In this document: positions 28,721 through 37,613 of the stretch, piece after piece
Position numbering within the stretch: the stretch's first letter is position 1
How the letters are laid out: each line of letters starts with the position of its first letter
Origin: an uncultured Bacillota bacterium
GTDB lineage: Bacteria > Bacillota > Clostridia > Peptostreptococcales > Anaerovoracaceae
NCBI GenBank assembly: GCA_946410475.1
Contig: CAMKAM010000001.1
Span: 1 to 47,985, forward strand
Direction of reading: 5' to 3'
Length of the DNA: 47,985 bases
Translations under genes and position numbers: made by a program
The notes under the pieces: model-generated
What the model saw: the letters and a program-made list of their open reading frames with translations, nothing else
What the model was told of the DNA's origin: nothing
Databases searched by the model: none

Positions 28721-29176
28721 ATGAAGAATATATACGTTACAGGATACATCGGAAGTGACAGAAAGGCCTGCGCCGAAGAGGCTGCGGCACAGACCGGCGG
28801 AACTATCGTAGACCTCGACAAGATGATCGAGAGAAACGATGGCAGAAAAATCATGCGCATCGTGATGATGATGGGCGAGCACGAATACAGAAACAAGGAG
28901 TACGAAGCTCTTGAGGAACTGTCAGAGCAGGAGGACCTCGTGGTGATCTGCAGCGACGGCACGCTTTTCGACGATATGTGCCGCGAGATCATGGAAGCCG
29001 GAGAGGTCAGGATAGCCGATGCAGAAAAAACGGCGGAAGAGCTGTGGCAGAATGCGAAAGAAGATGATTCCATCCCCTATGCCTTCATGCAGATGGGAAG
29101 CGAGGATGAAAAGAAGGCCCGTTTCATGAAGATGTACGAGGCAAGAAAAGATCTCTACGAAAAGTACACGAAATAG
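28721..29176 (+). CDS. Shikimate kinase-like protein with a degenerate P-loop
   Basis: I moved the start to ATG 28721. It aligns by eye with AroK: NIYVTGYIGSDRKACAEE versus NIFLVGPMGAGKSTIGRQ, DLD versus DSD, GEHEYRNKEYEAL versus GEEGFRDREEKV. Walker A GxxGxGK[ST] is replaced by GYIGSDRKA, and the GGG block by SDG. Confidence 0.6.
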   Translation: MKNIYVTGYIGSDRKACAEEAAAQTGGTIVDLDKMIERNDGRKIMRIVMMMGEHEYRNKEYEALEELSEQEDLVVICSDGTLFDDMCREIMEAGEVRIADAEKTAEELWQNAKEDDSIPYAFMQMGSEDEKKARFMKMYEARKDLYEKYTK

Positions 29177-29195
29177 GCGGAAGCAGCCTTGGGGA

Positions 29196-29906
29196 CTACT
29201 GCTGCGGACCGATGATGCGGCTTTGGAGATCATCGAGAGCTCCGGATGCCCGGTCGGTCACAGGACGGAGCAGTATGGTCAGCGCGATTACAGAGATGCC
29301 CGCGGCCCAGCCTGCGAGGACGTCGGACGGATAATGGACGCCGAGATAGACCCTTGAAAAACCAATGGCGAACGGAAGAACAGCGCAGCATACGAGCAGC
29401 GCTTTTTTCTTTGCGCCGTATACTTTGCCGCCGCCTTTGAGCAGAGCGAAGAACAGCAGCCCGAAAACAGCCATAGCTGTTATAGAGTGCCCGCTCGGAA
29501 ACGACCAGCCGCCCTCTTCGACCAGGCGGAAAGCGGCGTCCGGCCTGGGACGGCACAGGGCTGTTTTGAATATGATCTTGATGAGCTGTGAGATCACGGC
29601 GGCGAAAGCGGCGGGAACTCCATAGTCCCTCCTCGTATCCGGATAGATCAGAAGGAGAAGGACGATCACAGTTATGGAATACCAGTTACCAATGTAGGTG
29701 ACTGCTTCCATGAGGGTCGTCAGCCCCGGGCTCCTGTGGGAGAAGACCCATGCCTGAAGAGGGCTGTCCCAGGAAGCGGACCCGTTCGTCGCGATCATGA
29801 ATGCGAGCAGCGCGAATACTGCGGCGCCGAGGATGATGGCGGCGTACAGCGCTGCTTTTGAATTTCTGAAGTTACTGAGCTCTGTGTTATTTGTTTTCAT
29901 GTGCAT
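29196..29906 (-). CDS. PAP2-family membrane phosphatase (undecaprenyl-diphosphate/phosphatidate phosphatase type)
   Basis: Motifs KTALCRPRP, PSGHS and SRVYLGVHYPSDV. The start is probably ATG 29906 or 29900 (MHMKTNN...). The track ORF extends to 29972. Confidence 0.85.
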   Translation of the reverse strand: MHMKTNNTELSNFRNSKAALYAAIILGAAVFALLAFMIATNGSASWDSPLQAWVFSHRSPGLTTLMEAVTYIGNWYSITVIVLLLLIYPDTRRDYGVPAAFAAVISQLIKIIFKTALCRPRPDAAFRLVEEGGWSFPSGHSITAMAVFGLLFFALLKGGGKVYGAKKKALLVCCAVLPFAIGFSRVYLGVHYPSDVLAGWAAGISVIALTILLRPVTDRASGALDDLQSRIIGPQQ

Positions 29907-29994
29907 TATTATACCCCAAAAATCAACACTGTTGAATGATGGGCAAAAATCAAGTAAAATAAATGGATGCAATAGTTAGCAGGAGGAGAATGAT

Positions 29995-30915
29995 ATGAAC
30001 AGACCGACACTTGTGATCATGGCAGCCGGAATGGGCAGCCGTTACGGAGGACTGAAACAGCTCGATCCGGTTACGGATGAGGGCGAGATAATAATGGACT
30101 TCTCCCTTTATGATGCTATGATGGCAGGGTTCGACCGCGCCGTCTTCGTCATAAAAGAAGAAATGGCAGAGGCTTTTTCCGAGCTGATCGAAAAGAGAGC
30201 CGGAAAATATATGGAGACTGCATTCGCTTACCAGAAGACCGACGATCTTCCGGACGGTTACAGCGTCCCGGAAGGCAGAGTAAAACCCTGGGGCACGGCT
30301 CATGCTGTATACAGCAGCCGCGCAGCTGTAGACGGACCGTTTGCCGTCATCAACGCGGACGACTATTACGGACCGACCGGATTCAATGTGATCTACGACC
30401 ATCTCGCGAATTGCGATAACGACAGCTATGATTTCTGCATGGTCAGCTACAGGCTGAAGAACACCATCACGGAGAACGGTCATGTCGCCAGAGGCATCTG
30501 CAGCGTCACGGAAGACGGAAAGCTCGAAGATATAGTGGAGAGGACGAAGATCATGCGTATAGACGACGGATCGATCTCGTTCACTGAGGATGATGGAGAA
30601 AGCTGGACACCGCTCGATGAAGAGACACAGGTTTCGATGAACTTCTGGGGATTCACGAGCCGTATGTACGAAGAGCTGGGAGCCGGATTCCCGGAATTCC
30701 TTGATGACGCTCTGGCTGACGATCCGCTGAAGAGGGAGTATCTGCTTCCCGCGGTCACAGACGCGCTCATAAAAGAAGGCAAGGCGACTGTAAAGGTCCT
30801 CTCATCGCAGGACAAGTGGTACGGCGTCACATATAAGAAAGACAAACCCGATGTAATGGCGGCGCTCAGATCGATGAAGGACAAAGGGCTTTATCCTGAA
30901 AAACTCTGGAAGTAG
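29995..30915 (+). CDS. Nucleotidyltransferase-family protein (sugar- or alcohol-phosphate NTP transferase), specificity unknown
   Basis: N-terminal LVIMAAGMGSRYGGLKQL (GxGxR NTP-binding loop), KPWGTAHAV, INADDYYG. AGGAGG SD upstream. Confidence 0.7.
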   Translation: MNRPTLVIMAAGMGSRYGGLKQLDPVTDEGEIIMDFSLYDAMMAGFDRAVFVIKEEMAEAFSELIEKRAGKYMETAFAYQKTDDLPDGYSVPEGRVKPWGTAHAVYSSRAAVDGPFAVINADDYYGPTGFNVIYDHLANCDNDSYDFCMVSYRLKNTITENGHVARGICSVTEDGKLEDIVERTKIMRIDDGSISFTEDDGESWTPLDEETQVSMNFWGFTSRMYEELGAGFPEFLDDALADDPLKREYLLPAVTDALIKEGKATVKVLSSQDKWYGVTYKKDKPDVMAALRSMKDKGLYPEKLWK

Positions 30916-30930
30916 GGCCGGGGCAAAGCG

Positions 30931-32556
30931 ATGAGACGACTGATAAAAGGTCTTTTCAGCAGAATGACGATAACGATCCTGTTCGTGGCGGCAGAGGTGC
31001 TTGTCATGCTCGCGCTCTCATTCTGGGTCGGAGAGAAGTTCGCGTGGATCGCGGTGGTCATGAGGATCGCCGGGGTCCTCGTTTTGTTGCATATCAATAT
31101 GCACACGCAGCATCTGTCTTTCGATATGATATGGATAATAGGGGTGGTCGTGCTGCCGGTCGCTGTGACGGCGTTGTATTTCCTGCTGGGAACGACTGTC
31201 TTCAAGACGAATACATATAAAAGTATCGTAGCCGGCGAGGCTGAGATGTGGAAGTATCTCGAGCAGGATGAAGACGTGCTTGAAGAGCTTTACCGTACCG
31301 ACCCTGCGCGAAAGGGGCAGTTCAGGTATATAAGCAAAGGCTCCGGCTACCCGTTCTACGAGAACGAGGGCTTCGATTATTATCCGTTAGGCGAAGACGG
31401 ATACCCGGCTATGCTGGAAGAACTCAGAAAAGCGGAAAAGTTCATTTTCGTGGAATACTTCATCATCGAGAAGGGTGAGATGTGGAACGGCATAGTGGAG
31501 ATCCTCGAAGAAAAGGCCGCCGCAGGCGTGGACGTAAGGGTGATATATGACGATATGGGCTCGTTCAGGACGCTTCCCATAATGTACACGCGCGAGATGC
31601 AAGAGAAAAACATAAAGTGCAAGGCGTTCAACCGGATCAGCCCCATACTTGCGAAGATCATGAACCACAGAGATCACAGAAAGATCCTCGTCATCGACGG
31701 GAAGGTCGCCTTCTCGGGCGGTGTGAATCTGGCGGACGAGTACATCAACAAAAAAGTGAAGTACGGAAAATGGAAGGACAACATCATCAGGGTCAAAGGA
31801 AAGGCCGTGTGGTCGTTCACCGTGATGTTCCTTTCGCACTGGAATGCGGTCATGCCGGGCGCCGACGATGACTATACAGTTTTCAGCGGTGACGGCGGCG
31901 CAGCCGAAGAGGAGATCTACACGGACAAGACGGGACGCGCGTATGCCGAGGACATCTACGAGCCCGAGCTGAATATAGACGCGGACATTTCCGAGAAAGT
32001 GCCCTCGTGCGACGGCTATATCGCGCCTTACGGCGAGACGCCGCTCGACAGCGAGATCACTTCGCAGAACATATATATGAATATCCTCAACCAGGCGAAT
32101 GATTACGTCTACATCTTCACGCCGTATCTCATCATTGATTCAGAGCTGCAGAACGCGCTGATCCTTGCGGCAAAGCGCGGCGTGGACGTCCGGCTGATCA
32201 CGCCGGGGATACCTGACAAGAAGAGGATATGGAGGATAACGAGATCCTTCTACCCGAATCTCATAAAAGGCGGGGTGAAGATCTACGAATACCAGCCCGG
32301 CTTCGTACATGCGAAGGTATTCGTATCGGACGACGAAGTCGCGGTGGTCGGAACTATCAACCTCGACTACCGGAGCCTGTATCTGCATTTTGAGAATGGC
32401 GTATTTCTGTACGGATCATCGAGGATCGATGACGTCAAAAAAGACATCGTTGAAACACTGGAGGACTGCAGGCTGATAACTCTGAAAGATCTGAGGCAGA
32501 GCCCCTTCTATATGTTCAGGATGTCGGTGCTGAGGCTGTTCGCGCCGCTCCTGTAA
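30931..32556 (+). CDS. cls: Cardiolipin synthase (PLD superfamily, two HKD motifs)
   Basis: Two N-terminal TM helices. HKD-1 reads HRKILVIDGKVAFSGGVNLADEY and HKD-2 reads HAKVFVSDDEVAVVGTINLDYRS. An acidic ~50-aa insert lies between the halves. Confidence 0.88.
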   Translation: MRRLIKGLFSRMTITILFVAAEVLVMLALSFWVGEKFAWIAVVMRIAGVLVLLHINMHTQHLSFDMIWIIGVVVLPVAVTALYFLLGTTVFKTNTYKSIVAGEAEMWKYLEQDEDVLEELYRTDPARKGQFRYISKGSGYPFYENEGFDYYPLGEDGYPAMLEELRKAEKFIFVEYFIIEKGEMWNGIVEILEEKAAAGVDVRVIYDDMGSFRTLPIMYTREMQEKNIKCKAFNRISPILAKIMNHRDHRKILVIDGKVAFSGGVNLADEYINKKVKYGKWKDNIIRVKGKAVWSFTVMFLSHWNAVMPGADDDYTVFSGDGGAAEEEIYTDKTGRAYAEDIYEPELNIDADISEKVPSCDGYIAPYGETPLDSEITSQNIYMNILNQANDYVYIFTPYLIIDSELQNALILAAKRGVDVRLITPGIPDKKRIWRITRSFYPNLIKGGVKIYEYQPGFVHAKVFVSDDEVAVVGTINLDYRSLYLHFENGVFLYGSSRIDDVKKDIVETLEDCRLITLKDLRQSPFYMFRMSVLRLFAPLL

Positions 32557-32607
32557 GCAGACAGTCACTGCACCTGAGGACCCGGAAAATAACCGGGCCG
32601 GAGAACG

Positions 32608-33312
32608 ATGAACGAATATATCAGAACGACGCTGGAGTCGAAGAAGAATTTCATATTCCTAGGCGAAGCCGGATGCGGGAAGACCGAGATCGCGGTCAAT
32701 TTCGCCATCGCCGCAGCAGAGATAGCCGGCGGAGGAGGCGCGGGCGGAAAGACCGTCCATTTTTTCGACATGGATCAGACGAAGCCGCTGTTCAGATCGA
32801 GGGACGTCCGCGAAGCGCTCGAAGAAAAAGGCGTGATCTTTCATTACGAGGAGCAGTTCGAGGACGCGAGGACGCTGGTCGGCGGACCGGGGTTTTACCT
32901 TGCGGACCCGGAGAGCATCGTGATCATGGATATAGGCGGCGATCATCAGGGGTCCAGGATGATAGGAGGCTTCGCGCCGCTGCTGAAAAGAGAAGATACG
33001 AAAAACTATTTCGTGATCAATCCATACCGGCCATGGTCGCAGGATATCGAGGAGATAGACAGGACGATGTCGTCCGTAATTGGGACTGCGAGACTGGCCG
33101 CGGAGGATATCTCCGTCATAGCGAATCCGAATATGGGACCGACTACGACGGAGGAGGAGATAGCCGAAGGGCTGGAAGCGGCCATCGGCATGGTAGATGA
33201 ATATATCAGGGTCGAGTGCGTGTGCGCTGAAAGAGAGAAGGCGGCGCGCCTTGAAGCAGGCATCCCCGTGATGCCCCTCGATCTTTTCATGAAATACGAG
33301 TGGACAGAATAG
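32608..33312 (+). CDS. P-loop NTPase of unknown function, first gene of the oxidoreductase operon
   Basis: Walker A FLGEAGCGKTE, Walker B-like IVIMDIGGDHQG; 234 aa. I did not recognise the family. Confidence 0.6.
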   Translation: MNEYIRTTLESKKNFIFLGEAGCGKTEIAVNFAIAAAEIAGGGGAGGKTVHFFDMDQTKPLFRSRDVREALEEKGVIFHYEEQFEDARTLVGGPGFYLADPESIVIMDIGGDHQGSRMIGGFAPLLKREDTKNYFVINPYRPWSQDIEEIDRTMSSVIGTARLAAEDISVIANPNMGPTTTEEEIAEGLEAAIGMVDEYIRVECVCAEREKAARLEAGIPVMPLDLFMKYEWTE

Positions 33313-33329
33313 GTTTTAGGAGGGAGAGT

Positions 33330-33545
33330 ATGGCAAAAGGCAAAGTAGAGATAAGAGCCGAGAGCTGCAAGAGCTGCGGATACTGCGTCAAGTTCTGCCC
33401 GAAGGGCGTGCTCGCCATAGGTGAAGACGTTAATCAGAAGGGCTATCAATATGTCGTGGCCGCAAAGCCGGAGGAGTGCACCGGCTGCGCGACGTGCGGG
33501 CAGGTGTGTCCGGACGCCGCTATCGAAGTGTACAGAGAGATGTGA
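33330..33545 (+). CDS. 2-oxoacid:ferredoxin oxidoreductase delta subunit (2x[4Fe-4S] ferredoxin)
   Basis: I moved the start to ATG 33330 (AGGAGGGAG SD). Cluster motifs CKSCGYCVKFCP and CTGCATCGQVCP. Confidence 0.88.
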   Translation: MAKGKVEIRAESCKSCGYCVKFCPKGVLAIGEDVNQKGYQYVVAAKPEECTGCATCGQVCPDAAIEVYREM

Positions 33546-33563
33546 TCTAACGGAGGTTCAGAT

Positions 33564-34640
33564 ATGGCAAGGATTTTTATGAAAGGATGCGAAGCGATAG
33601 CCGAAGCCGCCGTTAGAGCGGGCTGCAGATTTTTCGCGGGATATCCGATAACGCCGCAGAATGAGATACCGGAGTACATGGCAAGAAGGCTCCCTGAGGT
33701 CGGCGGAGTATTCGTACAGGGCGAGAGCGAGATCGCTTCCGTCAACATGCTGTACGGCGCTTCCTCGACAGGAACGAGGAGCATGAGTTCGTCGTCGTCG
33801 ACAGGCATCAGCCTGTACAGCGAGGGCATAGCGGCATGCGCGTCGGCAAGGCTGCCGGCGGTATACGTCAACGTCATGAGGGGCGGCCCGGCGCTCGGCG
33901 CGATACAGCCGGCGCAGCAGGACTACCTGCAGGCGACGAAGGCTTCGGGAAACGGCGGATTCAGGATGATAGTCCAGGCGCCATCGACAGTGCAGGAATG
34001 CGTCGACATGGTATATGAAGCGTTCGACCTGGCTGAAAGGGACGACAACCCGGTCCTCATCCTGGCTGACGGAGTGCTGGGAACTATGATGGAGCCGGTC
34101 GAGCTCCCAGAGATGAAGAGCGATGAAGAGGTGAAGGCCCTCAAACAGGCGAGACGCCACAAGTCCGTCTGCGGCCATCCGGCGGAAGAGAGGGTGCTCG
34201 CAGAGCCCGGAAGCGTCGGGACAGGACAGGAAGCAAGGAACATCGCCGCTGCGGAGATGTACAAGACATGGGACAAGGACGTCAAGGTCGAAGAGTTCAT
34301 GACGGATGATGCGGAGCTGATACTTGCGGCTTACGGCATCTCGGCGCGCATCGCCAAGACTGCTGTCAAAGCGCTCAGAGAGCAGGGCATCAAGGCAGGC
34401 TTGATCAGACCGGTCAGGGTATCGCCCTTCCCGTACGACGCGTTCGGCTCGCTCGACTTCGGAAGAGTCAAGGGCATACTCGACATCGAGATGTCGATAC
34501 CGGCCCAGATGGTATGGGACGTAGAATACGCTGTCAGGGGCAGATGTCCGATCAGAGAGTGTCTGCGTTCAGGCGGACAGCTGATGACGAAGGAAAAGGT
34601 CATGGAAGAAGCTCTTAAGCTCGCAGAGGAGGTGCTCTGA
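33564..34640 (+). CDS. 2-oxoacid:ferredoxin oxidoreductase alpha subunit (Kor/Vor type)
   Basis: MKGCEAIAEAAVRAGCRFFAGYPITPQNEI, ...GESEIASVNMLYGAS...; 358 aa. Confidence 0.88.
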   Translation: MARIFMKGCEAIAEAAVRAGCRFFAGYPITPQNEIPEYMARRLPEVGGVFVQGESEIASVNMLYGASSTGTRSMSSSSSTGISLYSEGIAACASARLPAVYVNVMRGGPALGAIQPAQQDYLQATKASGNGGFRMIVQAPSTVQECVDMVYEAFDLAERDDNPVLILADGVLGTMMEPVELPEMKSDEEVKALKQARRHKSVCGHPAEERVLAEPGSVGTGQEARNIAAAEMYKTWDKDVKVEEFMTDDAELILAAYGISARIAKTAVKALREQGIKAGLIRPVRVSPFPYDAFGSLDFGRVKGILDIEMSIPAQMVWDVEYAVRGRCPIRECLRSGGQLMTKEKVMEEALKLAEEVL

Positions 34641-35398
34641 TGGCAATGGAAAAGGTATACAGGAGAACGACAGGCATCGTGAAGGACATGGTCTCGGGTT
34701 TCTGTCCGGGATGCATGCACGGAACGGTGCACAAACTGATAGGCGAAGTCGCCGACGAGATGGGAAGAGCGAACGATCTGATCCGCGCTGAGGGCATCGG
34801 CTGCTGCGGACTGGGGCAGAAATACGTGACGCACGACTCGGCGATCTGCCTGCACGGAAGGGCCTGCGCCGCAGCGACGGGCATCAAGAGGAACGAGCCG
34901 GACTCGCTGGTGTACACGTATCAGGGAGACGGAGACCTCGCTTCCATCGGTCTCGGAGAGACCATGCTGGCGGCGAACCGCGGAGAGAACTTCACAGTCA
35001 TATTCATAAACAACGGCATATACGGAATGACGGGCGGACAGATGGCTCCGACGACACTTCTCGGAATGAAGTCGACGACGACGCCGAAAGGAAGGATAGC
35101 CGAAGAGCACGGATATCCGATCCACATGTCTGAGATCATCGACCAGCTGATCGCGCCGTACTATATCGAAAGAACGACGTGCGCGGATCCCGCGGGCGTA
35201 AGGAAGACGAAGGCCGCGATCAGAAAGGCGTTCGAATACCAGGCTGCCGGGAAGGGCTTCACCTTCGTTGAGATCGTGACATCCTGCCCGACGAACTGGG
35301 GGCTCGACCCGATCTCGGCGCTGGATTTCATTAAGGAAAAGATGCTCCCCGAATATCCGCTCGGGGTACTCAGAGATAAAGGCGCAGAGGAGGTGTAA
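34640..35398 (+). CDS. 2-oxoacid:ferredoxin oxidoreductase beta subunit (TPP-binding)
   Basis: FCPGCMHG, TPP motif GDGDLASIGLGE...FINNGIYGMTGGQ. The ATG overlaps the alpha-subunit TGA. Confidence 0.88.
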   Translation: MAMEKVYRRTTGIVKDMVSGFCPGCMHGTVHKLIGEVADEMGRANDLIRAEGIGCCGLGQKYVTHDSAICLHGRACAAATGIKRNEPDSLVYTYQGDGDLASIGLGETMLAANRGENFTVIFINNGIYGMTGGQMAPTTLLGMKSTTTPKGRIAEEHGYPIHMSEIIDQLIAPYYIERTTCADPAGVRKTKAAIRKAFEYQAAGKGFTFVEIVTSCPTNWGLDPISALDFIKEKMLPEYPLGVLRDKGAEEV

Positions 35399-35401
35399 GG
35401 C

Positions 35402-35953
35402 ATGGAAAGAGATCTGATAGTAGCCGGATTCGGAGGCCAGGGCGTGATGATGCTCGGGACCCTCCTCGCTCAGGCAACGTGTGATTCAACTGACAAGAAC
35501 GTGACGTACTTCCCCTCTTACGGCGCTGAGATGCGCGGAGGAACGGCGAACTGTTACGTTGCGATCTCCGATGAAGAGATAGGCGCTCCGGTCATGGAGA
35601 CAGTAAGCGACCTGATCGTCTTCAACCAGCCTTCGCTCGACCGCTTCCTGGAGAAGCTCGCGCCGGGCGGGGCGCTGTTCGTGAACACCTCGATAGCTGA
35701 CCCGAAAATAGACAGGGACGACGTGAACGTCGTCGAAGTCCCGGTGACGGAGATGGCGATAGAGATGGGCAATCCGAAGGTGCTGAACATCATCATGCTC
35801 GGCGCGTTCATCGGATACACTGAAGTAGTAAGCAAAGACGTCGTGCTGCAGGAGATAAAGAACAAGATAGGCGCGAAGAAGCCGGAACTTTTGCCGCTCA
35901 ACGAAGAGGCGTTCGAAAAGGGTTTCGCGATCGGAAGCGCCGCCAAGAATTAA
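35402..35953 (+). CDS. 2-oxoacid:ferredoxin oxidoreductase gamma subunit
   Basis: IVAGFGGQGVMMLGTLLA, SYGAEMRGGTANC; 183 aa. Confidence 0.88.
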   Translation: MERDLIVAGFGGQGVMMLGTLLAQATCDSTDKNVTYFPSYGAEMRGGTANCYVAISDEEIGAPVMETVSDLIVFNQPSLDRFLEKLAPGGALFVNTSIADPKIDRDDVNVVEVPVTEMAIEMGNPKVLNIIMLGAFIGYTEVVSKDVVLQEIKNKIGAKKPELLPLNEEAFEKGFAIGSAAKN

Positions 35954-36052
35954 TGACTGACATAGAACTGCTGAAAAAGAAACGATGGTCATAGCCTTAG
36001 CGCTCACGTGCATGATAAAGAGACCGGACAGCGCGGGAAAGGAGAGAGACTG

Positions 36053-37402
36053 ATGAAATCTGTACAGGAAGTCTATAGAGAAAAACTGAGGACGCCTGAA
36101 GAGGCGGTCAGGATAGTGAAGAGCGGAGACTGGGTCGACTACGCCCACTGCTGCTCGTTTCCGATAGCGCTGGACAAGGCTCTTGCGAAGAGGAAGGACG
36201 AGCTGACGGATGTCAACGTCCACAATGCGATATCCATGGGCCCGGTTGCAGTTGTCGAGGAAGACCCGGATAACGAAGCTTTCACGTACAACCTCTGGCA
36301 CTGCTCGGCGCTGGACAGGAAATACATCGATCAGGGAAAGGCTTTCTTTGTGCCGATGCTTTTCAGGAACTGCGGGTCGTACTACCTGAAAGGTCAGGCG
36401 AAGGTCGATGTCGCCATGATCACCGTATCAGAGATGGACAGGTACGGAAATTTCAGCTACGGACTCACGAACTGCTGCATGCAGGAGATGCTCGACTCGG
36501 CCGATGTGATAATCCTCGAAGTGAACAAGACGATGCCATTCATCTTCGGTATCGCTAACGACCACATCAATATACGCGAGGAGAAGGTGAAGTATGTCGT
36601 AGAGAGCCCGTACGAGATATATACCGTGGATAATCCGAAGGTCAGCGAGTCGGACAGGAAGATCGCGGCAAACATCTTCCCCTATCTGCGTGACGAGATG
36701 ACGCTGCAGCTCGGTATCGGCGGCACGCCGAACGCTCTCGGCGAACTGATAGCCGAGTCGGACCTCAGGGATCTGGGCATGCATACGGAGCTGATGAGCG
36801 ACGGATATCTTGCTCTGTACAAGGCGGGCAAGATCACGAACAGGATGAAGGCCGACGTCAACAGGAGAAAGGGCGTCTTCTCGATATGCAACGGGTCCAG
36901 AGAGTTATACGATTTCCTCGACTACAACATAGATATATGCTCTGCCGGTATGGACTATGTCAATGATCCGGCTGTGATCAGCTCGATAGCGAACTTCGTT
37001 TCCATCAACAGCTGCATATCCGCCGATCTGTACGGACAGGTCTGCGCAGAAGCTGTCGGGACGAGGCAGATCAGCGGAACGGGCGGCCAGCTCGACTTCG
37101 TCACAGGTGCTTACCGCTCGCCGGGCGGCATGGCGTTCATAACGCTGAAGGCAGCGCGTACCGACAAAAACGGCGTCAAGCACTCGAACATCAAAGGCCG
37201 CTTCACGGAGGGCGACATCATAACGACTCCGAGGACGCAGGCACCTGTCATCGTGACGGAGTACGGCGCTGAGGACATGAACGGTCTTACCACCTGGGAG
37301 AGAGCTGAGAAGCTGATCGGACTCGCAGATCCGGACTTCAGAGAGGACCTCATACGCGAGGCTGAAGAACAGAAGGTATGGAGACGTTCCAACAAGAGAT
37401 AA
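36053..37402 (+). CDS. Acetyl-CoA hydrolase/transferase-family CoA-transferase (butyryl-CoA:acetate CoA-transferase-like)
   Basis: I moved the start to ATG 36053 (GGAAAGGAGAG SD). VKSGDWVDY, LQLGIGGTPNALG, SINSCISADLYGQV, ISGTGGQLDF, and the C-terminal HPDFREDLIREAEEQKVWRRSN-type ending resemble my recollection of the Roseburia But enzyme along the full length. Confidence 0.82.
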   Translation: MKSVQEVYREKLRTPEEAVRIVKSGDWVDYAHCCSFPIALDKALAKRKDELTDVNVHNAISMGPVAVVEEDPDNEAFTYNLWHCSALDRKYIDQGKAFFVPMLFRNCGSYYLKGQAKVDVAMITVSEMDRYGNFSYGLTNCCMQEMLDSADVIILEVNKTMPFIFGIANDHINIREEKVKYVVESPYEIYTVDNPKVSESDRKIAANIFPYLRDEMTLQLGIGGTPNALGELIAESDLRDLGMHTELMSDGYLALYKAGKITNRMKADVNRRKGVFSICNGSRELYDFLDYNIDICSAGMDYVNDPAVISSIANFVSINSCISADLYGQVCAEAVGTRQISGTGGQLDFVTGAYRSPGGMAFITLKAARTDKNGVKHSNIKGRFTEGDIITTPRTQAPVIVTEYGAEDMNGLTTWERAEKLIGLADPDFREDLIREAEEQKVWRRSNKR

Positions 37403-37496
37403 CAAGATGTTGTGTAAGCGGACAGCCGCACAAGGGGCGGCGGCAGCGAAAGGCGGATCCGAAGACAAAAACAGCAAAAAAAGAAGGCCGTAGCGC

Positions 37497-37524
37497 TTGC
37501 TTTTTGAGTAGCAATCATTATAAT
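37497..37524 (+). promoter_or_regulatory. rpsF-ssb-rpsR promoter
   Basis: TTGCTT (37497-37502), 16-nt spacer, TATAAT (37519-37524). Confidence 0.5.
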
Positions 37525-37530
37525 AAAAAG

Positions 37531-37613
37531 GCACGCTTTTCAGCGTGTCTTTATCAGTTATACCCTGCGTTCCGTCGGGGGAACGCCATTTAGTCCAGAG
37601 GGAGGTGAAAAGA
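37531..37613 (+). promoter_or_regulatory. Structured 5' leader of rpsF (candidate S6:S18 autoregulatory element)
   Basis: Two hairpins: CACGCT-TTTC-AGCGTG (37532-37547) and GCGTTCC-GTCGGG-GGAACGC (37567-37586). The second lies just 5' of the GAGGGAGG SD. Confidence 0.35.

Noticed and set aside
35954-35992. 12-codon mini-ORF (MTDIELLKKKRWS) directly after the OFOR gamma-subunit stop.
   Set aside because: It is too short to evaluate, has no SD and sits inside an ordinary intercistronic spacer.
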